From the human T2T-CHM13v2.0 reference genome, Homo sapiens: 64,000 nucleotides of DNA. Below the pieces are notes generated by a model. It did no database searches, was not told where the DNA came from, and saw only the letters and a program-made list of their open reading frames with translations. Shown here piece after piece: positions 29,243 to 45,170 of the stretch; within the stretch, counting starts at the first letter, position 1, and each line of letters begins with the position of its first letter. The stretch lies in assembly GCF_009914755.1 (NCBI RefSeq), contig NC_060925.1; one strand, written 5' to 3'. Position numbers and translations under genes: made by a program.

Positions 29243-30379
29243 AGGACTATCTTTAACTTCCCCACACTTTCACTTCCCGCATCCCATAGTGCCACTGATC
29301 ACACGTGTTGGTCTGCATATTCATCTCTTCCATTCAGTTTTCAGCCAGGGCTGTGCCATTCATTTCTTGCATACCTTTTGCATAGTGAGGTATATATGGG
29401 AATCTGCATACAAATGCTATTGTTTCGTATTTGTGAAAGAAAGAAACGGAGAAAAAATAACTCTTGCACTTTAATGTAAGTTTGGTTAAGGATGGCTGTA
29501 TAGAGAATCACCCTTGGTTGTGAGGTCCCCCATTTATATAATTTTGACAATTCCTGAAGGATTGTTATCTGCCAGCAATTAGGGGCGGGGAAAGAAAGCC
29601 ATCTTAATAAATCAGCATAACAACCTGAGTGAGTAGAAAACATTTTGAGGACTATGAATGACTCCAGTATGCTTGGCTAAGTCATCTATATTGAGAATAC
29701 CTTGATTTCAAGTGAGTAACTCTACATACGGGAAGAGTCTCTGGACCAATAGAATAGGAATCTGAACGTTGATAACAGTGATTTAAAACAAAAGCATTTT
29801 TGGGGTTGTGGATATCTTTGAGAATCTAATATATGCTACAGATTCTTCCATAGAGAATTTGCATACTTGCCAACATGCACAATTTTTGTGATGTTAAATT
29901 ATGTTTTCTCCCACTATTTTCTCTTATTTCTTCCCATTTAAGCAGCCAGCAGTCCCTGTGTTTCTTTGCCTGAGGGGAGGTTTGAGACTTGGCAGAAAGC
30001 TCAAGTTTTCTGCAAGGCATCTCTCTTCCTGACTCTCAGTCCCCAAAGACTAAATCTAAGGCATTTGTTATGCTTAATGTCTTGAACAGAAAGGAAAGAG
30101 GGATTCTTCAGACAGAAAAAGGAGACGTTTTCCCCAGACTTAAAAGACATTCACATGGATCAACTGGACTTCCAAACATACACAAAAGAGAACCTGGGCC
30201 TAAACTTCACATTTTATATCAAATCTAATTCCAAATAGATCACAGACTTAAATATGAAGCACATACTTTTAGGAAAACAAACATAAAAGTTTTAAGGGAA
30301 AAAAAATCAGAAAAAAATCTTTGGGATCATAGAGTTCTTAAACTTGACACCAAAAGTATGTCTATAAAAGAAAAAATTA

Positions 30380-30660
<281 letters not shown>

Positions 30661-30670
30661 TGATAAATTG

Positions 30671-31660
<990 letters not shown>

Positions 31661-32308
31661 ATTGAATCTCATCAACAGGAGAAAGTGTGTTTTGCTCTGT
31701 AAAAATCCACGTGGAGAGGGTAAAAAGACAAGCTACAGACTGAGAGAAAAGATTTGCAAACCATATCTGATAAAGGACTAGTATCTAAAATACATAAAGA
31801 ATCAACAGTAAAATACAAACAATTCAATTAGAAAATAGGCAAAAACCATGACAGCTATTTGTCAAAGATGACATACAGATTGTAAATAAGCACATAGAAA
31901 TATGTTCAGCATTATGACCCATTATAGAAATGCAAATTAAGACCACAATGAGATAACACTGTATGCTTATCAGAATGACTCAAACAAAAATATTGACAGC
32001 CACGTGCTGGTGAGAATGCAGAGAAACTGTCATATATTGCTTGTAAAATGGTACAGCCACTCTGGAAAACATTTTGGCAGTTTCTTAAAAAACTGAACCT
32101 GCATGACCATGTGGCTTAGCAATAGTACTCCTGGGCATTTATTCTAAAGAATGAAAACTGTGTTCACACAAAAACTTGTACACAAATACTTGGTGTAGAG
32201 CAACTTTATTTGTAATAATCGAAACATGGAATCAGCTGTGGTATGTCCATAGCGTGGGATACTACTCAGCAGTGAAATGGAATGGTCTATTGAAACGCAC
32301 AACCACCT

Positions 32309-32612
32309 GGCTGTACATGGTGGTTCACACCTGTAATCCCAGCATTTTGGGAGGCCAAAGTCGGTGAATCACTTGAGGTCAGGAGTTCAAGACCAGCCCA
32401 ACCAACATGGTAAAACCCTGTCTCTATTAAAAATGCAAAAAATTAGCTGGGCATGGTGGCACATGCCTGTAATCCCAGTTACACAGGAGCCTGAGGCAGT
32501 AGAATCACTTGAACTCAGGAGTTGGAGGTTGCAGTGAGCTGAGATCATGCCACTTCACTCCGGCCTGGGCAACAGAGTGAGTCTCTGTCTCAAAAAAACA
32601 TAAAAAATAAAA
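32309..32612 (+). mobile_element. AluS
   Basis: Full Alu within L1; degenerate TSD. Confidence 0.92.
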
Positions 32613-32871
32613 ATTGAACACACAGCAACCTCAATGAATCTCCAGGCAATTATGCTGAATGGAAAATATCAATCCCCAAAGGTTGCATACTGTGTGATTC
32701 CATTTTCATAACATTTTTAAATGATAAAATTTTAGGAATGGAGGACAGATTATAGGCCATCAGATGTTAGGGAAACAGGGGAGGGAAATGAGAGGGAGGT
32801 GGATGTGGATATAAAAGGGCAACTTGAAGGAACTTTGTGGCGTAGGATCTTGCCTGTGATGGTGAACCCAG

Positions 32872-33395
32872 TGTTGGATACAAAATACTCCAGGAATAAA
32901 TGCTGAGTGCCATGAAGTAAAACCAGTACTCAGGAAAAAGTTTAATGCTCTCAGCAAGGCAATCTACTTCTGCAGAAGGGTGTCACTCACATCAATCAAG
33001 TTCGCAAGTGCACACAGAACAAAGGAGACCAGGGGGTTTTTATCCTTAACGCAGCCCCTATCTCTGTGTCACTCCCCCATGGGCTAGGGTTGGACCGCAC
33101 AATCTGAGCTGACTCCATTGGCTACTTGTACATATTTTCCTAAATATAGTGGGGGAGGGGAGGGGAGGTACAGAAGTGGAGTGTGTGAGACGTGCAGTTT
33201 CGGGGGAACAATGGGTATAGGTAACCAAGTGAACAAATGTGAGTTATTGATTAGAGCTGATGGGAAGGGGGTAGGGTGTTTACAGTAACTAAGGGCAAGG
33301 AAGAACAAAAAAGTTGAGTTTGAGAACAAAGGATAAAGAAGTTAACAGGCTAAACCCTTTGAAGAGAAACTCAGAAAGATTTATTGTGTCTTACA
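32872..33395 (-). mobile_element. ERV1 solo LTR (LTR10-family-like)
   Basis: TG...CA ends, 4-bp TSD CCAG; tctcagcaaggcaatctacttctgcagaagggtg motif; family name from recall. Confidence 0.72.
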
Positions 33396-34629
33396 CCAGG
33401 ATCTTACACAAATGATAAAATGGTTTAGAACTTACACACACACACACACACACACACACAAATGAATACAAGTAAAATTGGAAAAATCTAGTAAGTTTGG
33501 GAGATTGTATCAAAATCAAAATCTTTGTTGAAAAACTGTAGTTGTCAAACTCTTACTATAGAGGAAACTAGACAAAATGTTCAAGGGATTTTTATTATTT
33601 GTTACAACTGCACATGACCAGAGTGATCTCAATTTTTTAAGGCATTCATAGAGACTGGACAAAGAGCAAAGATTTCTGGGGTCCCCTTTCGGGATACCAA
33701 GCACTCAGCTCCCGACAGCCTTCTCCTCCGCATTCCATCCTGGCCTCTAAGGAGGTGGCAAGAGGTCAGAAGGGAATGACTGTGGAGATTTTTACTTTAG
33801 CACAATGTCCTGTGTCTCCCAGGTGGATAAAAAGCAGTGGCCCTCAGACTGGAAGGGGGCATGTAAAGAGAGACCCTGAATATAGGAGATCTAGCAAGCA
33901 AATTGGTCCTGCCCAATATCTGATATTAAGGTACTGCTTTACCAAGAATGATTAGGGCTTGATTTCCTCACTATCCTGATGGGAGGGAGACTCAAAGTTG
34001 GAAATAGTTATATTTTAAAGATAATTTTTAAATGTTATATTCATAATAATAGTAGACATTATTTATAATAATTGTTGACATTATTGCACACCAACCTCCC
34101 CACTCCCACTGAGAAAAACTAATAAAGGTAGACACTCTCCTTTCCCCCGAAAGTAGAGAGTGAACAAAGCAGTGAAGATGTAGTATTGGGTCATAGTCCC
34201 AAAAAGGAAGGAGATCAGGGAAATGAATTTAGTGTTTGGAGCAGCCTCTTCTCTCTAGGCAGTTGCAATGTCTGAAGGGCTTAGAAGTGAAGCACAACTG
34301 TTAGAAGAATCATAGGATGGAAATGGATCAAAAATTGTACAAATCTCCCTAAAGAAGAGGCGTGTTTGGTGGGACCTCAAAGAACTGTATCCCTAAAATA
34401 ATTGTGATCCAGAAATAGACCAGACCTTACAAGTATTGAGACCCAGCATCAAATAATATTAATTGCCATTTGGGATTTGCCATAAGACAATATGAGATTA
34501 CTATGGCCCTCGTCTGTCAATTCTGCAAGAAGCAAAAGTAAACCTTTAGGGAGAAAATTACATATAAAACTCAAATTGCCTATATAATTTTATATATACA
34601 ATGTCTGATAATCAAAATTAAACAGGCTA

Positions 34630-35393
34630 TTTTGTTTCAGCACCAACTAGCATACTGCGGTATATTTCTGACACTAACCACCTGGAGTTAGCACAGACTG
34701 CAAAAGTTATGGGCTCAGTTTTCTCCAAAACTGCCTCTATCTCAGATACCAATCACAAATGGGATCCCCAGACCACTTGCGGTTCTGACCAACTGGCTAT
34801 ACATTTAGAGGTTCCCATAATCCCTTTAGATTCAATAACTCACTAGAATGACTCACAGAACACAGATGTTATACTTATGCTTGCAGTTTTATTATAAAGG
34901 CTACACATCAGACCAGCTAAATGAAGAGATCCATAGGATGAGGTCTGGGAGGGTCCTGAATGCAGAGCTTCTCGTTCCCTGTGGAATTAGGATATTTTAC
35001 CCTCTTAGCACATAAATGTGTTCACTATCCAGGATGCTTCCTTGAGCTTCAGTGCCCAGAATGTTTGAGTGCAGTTTTATTATGTAAGAATGATGCATTC
35101 GATCATAGGCTACATGATGGAATTCAATCTCTAGCATCCTTCCTATCCCTAGATGTTGTGCTGGATCAAACCTCTACCCCTTTAATCGTGTGGTTTATCT
35201 TTCCAGCATGGCCAGCTCCCATCTTGAAGCTATTTAGGGGCCCACCATGAACCACATCATTAGCATAAACTGAGGTGTGATGTAACGGGCTCATGAATAA
35301 CAAAGCCACTTCTATTCACTTGGAAAATTCCAAGGGTGTACTGTCTTCCAGGAATGAAGGACAAAGATCAGCCTACTTACTTATTATCAAACA
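34630..35393 (-). mobile_element. MER21 (B/C-like) LTR
   Basis: ttctgacactaaccacctggagttagcacagac...ttctgaccaactggctat...ggaaaattccaaggg. Confidence 0.8.
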
Positions 35394-35511
35394 TGGGCAC
35401 AGAAGATGATAGGACTTGACTAAAGATCAAGAGCATATACATAGTACTGAAAAAGGCACATAGATATTAGACACACAGATAATGGAGTTTAATTAAAAAT
35501 ATTTATGATTA

Positions 35512-35808
35512 TCTGGTGGGGTACAGTGTTTCTATAATCTCAACACTTTGGGAAGCCAAGGCAAGAAGATCACTTGGGCCCAGGAGTTCGAGACCTGCCT
35601 GGGCAACATAAAGAGGCCTTGTCTCTACAAAAAAAAAAAAAGTTTTTTAATTAGCTGGGTATGGCAAGTGGAGAGCTGAGTATAGCAAGTATGGAGGAGA
35701 GCTTGAGCCCAGGAATTCAAAGCTGCAGTGAGATATGATTGTGTCACTGCACTCCAGTCTGGGTGGCAGAGCAAGACCCTATCTCTTAAAAAAAAAAGAA
35801 AAAAAAAT
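35512..35808 (+). mobile_element. AluJ
   Basis: Diverged full Alu. Confidence 0.85.
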
Positions 35809-36045
35809 ATATATATGTATGATTATTATGTTCTAAGAATTAAAAGATGCAACAATTTAGTAGAGAACTGGAAACTATAAAAAATGATCATATAGACATT
35901 CTAAAACTAAAAAATAAATAACTTAGAAACAATGGATAGATTTAATATCAGCTTAGAACTAGCTGAAAAGAGAATTGGTGAACTGGAAATCAGATCAGAA
36001 GACTATTCAGACTAAAACACTGACAGTCAAAAGATTGGGAAACAG

Positions 36046-36330
36046 GCTGGGCTTGGTGTCACACACCTGTCATCCCAGCACTTTGGGAGGATACCTTGAA
36101 CTCAGGAGTTTGATACCAGCCTGGACAACATAGTGAGATTTCATCCCTACAAAAAAAAATTGAAAAGCCAGATGTGGTGGTGCATGCCTATAGTCCCTGA
36201 GACTCAGGAGGCTGAAGCAGGGGGATGGTTTGAGGCCAGGACATCGAGGCTGCAGTGAGCCATGATTTCACCGCTGTACTCCAGCCTGCCCAATAGAGTA
36301 AGACTCTGTCTCCACCCTCCTTCCCCCCAA
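36046..36330 (+). mobile_element. AluJ
   Basis: TSD AAAAGATTGGGAAA. Confidence 0.88.
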
Positions 36331-36829
36331 AAAAGATTGGGAAATATAGAAAAGAACAAAAAAGATGGTAAATGATATTATAGATGGTCTATCCTACATG
36401 CATGTAATTGGAGTCCCAAAATGAAAGGACAAGGGTGGGAGAGAGGAAGCAGCCAAGGAGAGAGGAAAGATGGATGGAGGGAGACAAAGAGAACTCACAG
36501 GTGCGTGGAGTAAAGGAAGTATTTAATACAATTGCTTGAAAGTTCTCCAAAATTGACTAACTATATTAAGCTACTGATTCAAGAAAAACTATGACCCCTA
36601 AATAAGACAAATCAGATCACAGGTATGCACATCAGAGGAAAACTGCTGAAAAGTAAACACAAAATGAAACTCGAAAAGCAAAAAGATATAGTACCTTTAA
36701 AGGGGCAAGAGTAAGATTTGCAGTTGATTTCAACTCAGAAACAATGGGAGACATGGGATGTAAGCTTAAAAGTGCTTAAAGAAAATATCTGGCAATCTAA
36801 AATTTTATATCCGGTAACACAGTGATACT

Positions 36830-37127
<298 letters not shown>

Positions 37128-37376
37128 TAGTAATACTTTTAGACAAAGTTGAGGGAATTCATCAACACCAGATTCACATTAAGGAAATACCAAAAAGAGT
37201 TTCTTTGAGTAGAAGAAAACTATCTCATATGTAACTTTGGAGGTATAGAAACGGAAAAAAAGCCACAGAAAGATAAATACGAGAGTTAAATCAGAGGATA
37301 CTGAGTGAATAAAATAATGATAATGATGATTATAAAAACAGCAAAAACATCTTGGATTTTAAAACCATAGAGAACA

Positions 37377-37670
37377 GGCTGTGGTGGCCCACATCTGTAA
37401 ACCCAGCAGTTTGGGAGACTCAGGTGGGTGGATTGCTCCAGTCTAGGAGTTCAAGACCAGCCTGGGAAACATGGCGAAACCCCATCTCTACAAAAAATAC
37501 AAAAATCAGCCAGGCCTGGTGGCATGCACCTGTAGTTCTACATAATCGGGAGGCTGAGGTGGGAGGATTGCTGGAGCCTGGGAGGTTGAGGCTGTAGTGA
37601 GCTGTGATTGCAACACTGCTACTGCACTCCAGCTGTGGTGACAGAGGGAGACCCTGTCTCAAAACAAAAA
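37377..37670 (+). mobile_element. AluJ
   Basis: TSD ATAGAGAACA. Confidence 0.88.
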
Positions 37671-37944
37671 ATTATAGAGAACAACTCATTACAACACTGG
37701 CACATGAGTCAAGGGGAAAGTAACTTGAATTAAATGGTGGTTCTTGCATGGTCTGGAAAGTGGTAAAGTTACTAATTAGATCCTGTTATAATAAGCCAAG
37801 AATACATATTGTAATCTGTAATCACTGCAAACATAGTAAAAGAATGTAAAATTAAAGGAGAAACCATAAAAATATAATAGTAATACTTAATCCACAAGAA
37901 AGCAGGAAATGAGAATAAGAAACCTGGAGTAGGACAAATATTAA

Positions 37945-38560
37945 GAAGACCAAATTCTGATGTGGCCTCGAGATTCTCACCCCAGCTATACACATCCTGT
38001 ATATAATTCCTCCCTTTTTGTGTGATGGGACTGGGTATATGACGGACTTCATTCCCATGACTAGATTACATTATTTGACAAAGCTGAAAGAATGTTGCAA
38101 ATGTAATTATGGCCCCTAATCAGTTGACTTTACGTTAATTGAAAGGGAGATTCTCCCAGGGTAGTCCTGAAGTCTTAGCTTCAAGGTGTGTGAGATTCTT
38201 CTGCCATGATTGATGAAGTGAGCTGCTGTGTTTTGAGAGGGACTGTTTAGGAGACTGTATTGCAAAGTTGCTGAGAGCCCTCTCCAGCTGTCAGAGCGCA
38301 ATGAAATAAGGCCTTCAGTCATAAAACTGCAAGGCACTGAATTCTGGGAACCACTGGTGAGCTCCTATAAGGGCCTGAGCTCCAGGTGGGAACCCAGCCC
38401 CAACCAACACTTTGATTTCAGCCTATGAGACCCTGAGCAGGGAACCCAGCTACATCATGCCTAGACTTCCAACCTACGGAATGGTAGAATAAGAAATGGT
38501 GGTGTTTCTCAGCCATGAAGTCAGGGGTAACTGATTACACAGGAATAGACTACCAAAACA
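37945..38560 (+). mobile_element. MLT1 (MLT1E-like) MaLR LTR
   Basis: cctaatcagttgacttt...gaaagggagatt...tttgatttcagcctatgagaccctgagcag. Confidence 0.8.
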
Positions 38561-39542
38561 TTCTGTGTGACATCACCTTGGGAATGAGGACATATAGTAA
38601 AGGACTGACCCTAAATTGTAGAGATGAGGAGCATCTAGCAAAGGATGCAACTGCCAGTGATGTAGGAGGAAAACCTGGAAAGAGTGGTATCCTGGAGTCA
38701 AAGCATAAGATTGCCAAGGGCAGTGGGGTGATCAACTATGTCAAATGCAGTTCTCCCCTCAAATATATCCACAAATGGAATGCCCTTGAAACAAAATGTT
38801 TTCATTCTTTTCTTTCTTATAGCCTCAACGATGAACTTTGTGAATTACTGTCAAGTCTAATCCACAGACTCATTCTCCTGAACTTCTATCCTAAATGTTC
38901 AAGTTCTTATTGCGTATGTCTGCGTGAATTTCACTTGAGACAGCAATTCAAATATATCAACCTTAATTTAATTCCGTCAGAGATGTTTTCCTTCTTACAG
39001 CCCATAACTTGGTTATGTATACCAGTCTACTATGCTCAAAACTTTGCCTTGACTTTTCTTTTACCTTTTATGAAACAAGAGAAAGAAGGATTTTAGGTCC
39101 TATTGATTTTATTGCTAAATTTTTTCTCTATTAGACTTGTTTCTCTTGCTGATGTCAATTTTAAGGGTGCACCTTCCTGTTTACTGTGATTTGAGGGTTC
39201 TGTTGTGCTGTTGCTTTCAGATTAATATCCAAAGTCTTTATCTTTAACTCCTTTTTATCCTTGTGGATTTGTGACCACCATTCAGAAAAGTAGGTGAAAA
39301 AACTTTCTTAACTTTATCTCTTCATCCCACCATCAACCACTGAGGTATTCTTGCACTTTGAATATGGCAGCATTCTACTTCATGATTCTGCAGCCTTTCT
39401 ACTCTCACTGCCACGCTCTCATTCCTCATATCCTCATTCTTTTCTTTGCATGCTGAATTCTTACTCAGCTCCAGGAGTGAACCCAAATATCTCCCTCATG
39501 AAAACTTTGCAGAGCTCTTCTTGACAATTTATGTCCTTTCAT

Positions 39543-39662
39543 CCCCTCCCCTCCCCTTCCCTTCCCTTCCCTCCCCTCCCCTCCCCTTCCCTTCCCTTCC
39601 CTCCCCTCCCCTCCCCTTCCCTTCCCTCCCCTCCCTTCCCCTCCCCTCCCCTCCCCTCTCCC
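39543..39662. repeat. Pure pyrimidine tract (CCCCT/CCCTT)n, ~30-bp higher-order period
   Basis: Read directly. Confidence 0.95.
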
Positions 39663-40129
39663 ATCTCTTTATACGTAGTTTCCCCATACTACTACCTAGG
39701 CTAGTTTTTGGTGTTCGTGTCTTTCTTACCATGTCAAACTGTACATTCGTGGATACAGGAACTTTGGTGTTTTATATTTCTTTTTCCTAAAATATATACC
39801 TATGTGTCTAGAATATGAATGGTAAACAATTAGTGTTTGTTTTTGGCTAAATACAATTATATTTCTATATACTGTTGTTTTTACGAAAGAATAGAAAGAT
39901 AATAGTTCTTCATATTATTTACTTTTGCAACATTTACACATACACATTTGTAGCTCTCCATCCTTCTCTTTTAAAGAGAATAATCCAAGTTTATTTGAGA
40001 TAGCCTGGTGTTATTTTGTATATTCTGGAGAAAAAATGCCCTAAAAACTACCTCCTTTTTTCCCTGTAATATATTCCTAATATATTTGTATTACTATATT
40101 AGTATTTGTTGAGCTAGAATACCTAATGA

Positions 40130-42880
<2,751 letters not shown>

Positions 42881-43906
42881 CTATGGTTCAGTGATATCTT
42901 AATTACCTTATGTATACAAAAGGAGAAAATATTCATTTTTGCTATCATACTTGTATTCAAACAGCACATTCCTTTTGAAATAAAAAACAGTGATTTCTAG
43001 AAATACCTGTTATGACATTTATAATATATTTTGTTTAGATTATGAAATAACTACTGATTTTTGAAGGGAGAATTGAATTCTGTGGTATATCACAGAAATT
43101 CTATGGTATATTCATTGAAAGTTGAATTTGGATAAATGAAGTAGTATTTTATTACTTCCCTGCATTGCAGTAACTAAAATACATTGATATGGCTTCTTCT
43201 TTGTCCCTATTATATTCTACAGAAACATGTAATTATAATATGAATTGGCAAGGAAATCTTCAGAGCCTGGTAAACTGTTTTCTCTACTTTTAACATATGT
43301 AATGGATTCATGATCAAAATTTGATGTGACTGATTGAATTGTCTTTTATTATTATTTACCTCTTCTGGTGTTCAGTATTTGTTATATACTCTACCCTTTT
43401 TCTTGACAAAAAATGAAACCAGAATGTTATGTATTCAGAAAATAGGACTCTGAATAGTTCTGTATCATTTCCCCATTGCTCTAAAGTCATGGTAAATGTA
43501 AAAAAGAGAAAAATAAAGTTCACTTAGAGCCCCTCTCAAAGTGTCCGTGATACTGTAGTAATAATAGACTATGTAAGCTATTCAGCATTACTGCACTAAC
43601 CTTGTCAGGGCTTTGTTATGTTGAAGAAACAAAAGTAGATTGAAAAATGCCCCAGCTGTTCTTTCATGTGGCTTTTTTGGATAAGCCAAGTGCTCTGAAG
43701 CGCTGTGAATTTGTCTATATTTCTCTTAAGGGCAAAAAAGATCTGTCACAATGTAGATATGAATTCTAGATTTAGAAATGTTATTCAAGATAGATAAGGT
43801 AAGACATTTCCTTCAATTTATGAAAGACCCTAGACCCTGGATTTTATCCAGCTAGCTTTCTCTGAGATTAAAATGACCAATAATATGGGTAGAATATTCT
43901 AGATCT

Positions 43907-44127
43907 AAGGTCAACCAATCAAGGCAGTAGGTCAAATCCAGCCCACTGCCTTTTTTTGCAAATAAAATTTTATTGTTACACAGCCATCCTATTTTTAAAA
44001 ACATATTGTCTATGTTTGCTTTTGTATGATAATAACAGAATTAAATAATGAGACAGAGACCATATGGCTCGCAAAACCGAAAATATTTACTAACTGGCCC
44101 TTTACAGAAAAAGTAGGTCTGCTCCTG
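43907..44127. mobile_element. MER58A (hAT-Charlie)
   Basis: caaatccagcccactgcc...aataaaattttattgttacacagcc...aaaatatttactaactggccctttacagaaaaag. Confidence 0.85.
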
Positions 44128-44369
44128 TTTTAAACCACCCTTTCATGGTGGCAATGAAAGTCATAGTGGTGGGTGTCAAGTCCAACAGTTCTCGAGACAG
44201 TGGATCCCTGTGCTGGAGCTACAGTAAGGGTGACAAAGCAGGTGACTTCAGAAGAGGATTTAAATAAGAGAGAAGGTAGGAAAAGAAGTATTCTTTTAAT
44301 CTATATAATGTATGCATTCTTTCCAGAGCTTGAATTTTTTATAGTGTCATTTTACAAATGTATTGCGAT

Positions 44370-44715
44370 GCATACACAATAGAATATTATACAACCTTTA
44401 AAAAGAAGGCAATCCTGTCATTTGCAACAACATGGATGAACCTGGAAGACATTATGCTAAGTGAAATAAGCCAGGCACAGAAAGACAAATACTGCATGAT
44501 TTTACTCATGTGTGGAATTCAAATTCATGGAAGGAGAGAGTAGAATGGTGGTAGCTAGAGGTCACCTCCAGTGACTACAGCCCTAGCTAACAACTTGACT
44601 GCAACCTCACAAGAGACTCCAAGGCAGACACCAAGCAAGAAGCACCTAGTTAAGATACACTGTATTCCTGACCCATAGAAACAGTATAAAATAATGTGTT
44701 TATTATTTTTTTAAA
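44370..44715 (+). mobile_element. L1MA/MB fragment (to ~44561) fused to an MLT1 LTR fragment
   Basis: acatggatgaacctggaagacattatgctaagtgaaataagcc, then aacttgactgcaacctc...attcctgacccatagaaac. Confidence 0.75.
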
Positions 44716-45004
44716 AAAAGAATGCTGAGATCCTGCCATTGAATTGCAGGAGGAGGCTAGCACTGAAGTGACTGATTTATGATGAAGCTATTAATAGGTA
44801 GGCTTCATTTCCTAGTTACGTTGTCCCGAGCGATTTTATAATTTAGGGACTTTGAATATCAACAAGTGTATAATATGATTGATTTAGCAACAATCCATTC
44901 AATTCAGGCAAAATATTATTGAATCTTAACTCCCTATATGGAAGGATTGAATATAAATTATGACCATAATCATGGTCATGATCATCACCATCACCATCTG
45001 CATC

Positions 45005-45170
45005 CTCAGAGCTGACATTTGTTGTGCAAGGACTTTTCCAAGTGGTCTACGTGGGTTATATTACTCATTCATTCTTCACAGTAACCCAGTAAAAATTATT
45101 CCCATTTTACATATGAAGAAAATGAGGCAGAGAGGTCAACAGCTTGCACAAGTTCACACAAAGAAGTGAC
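45005..45170 (-). mobile_element. MIR
   Basis: cccattttacatatgaagaaaatgaggcagagagg. Confidence 0.75.

Noticed and set aside
38515-39096. Longest ORF in the track (193 aa)
   Set aside because: Runs across the MLT1 end and L2 remnants; no recognisable domain or splice context; consistent with a chance ORF
39446-39790. Pro-rich and Gly/Arg/Glu-rich ORFs on both strands
   Set aside because: Translation of the (CCCCT/CCCTT)n tract
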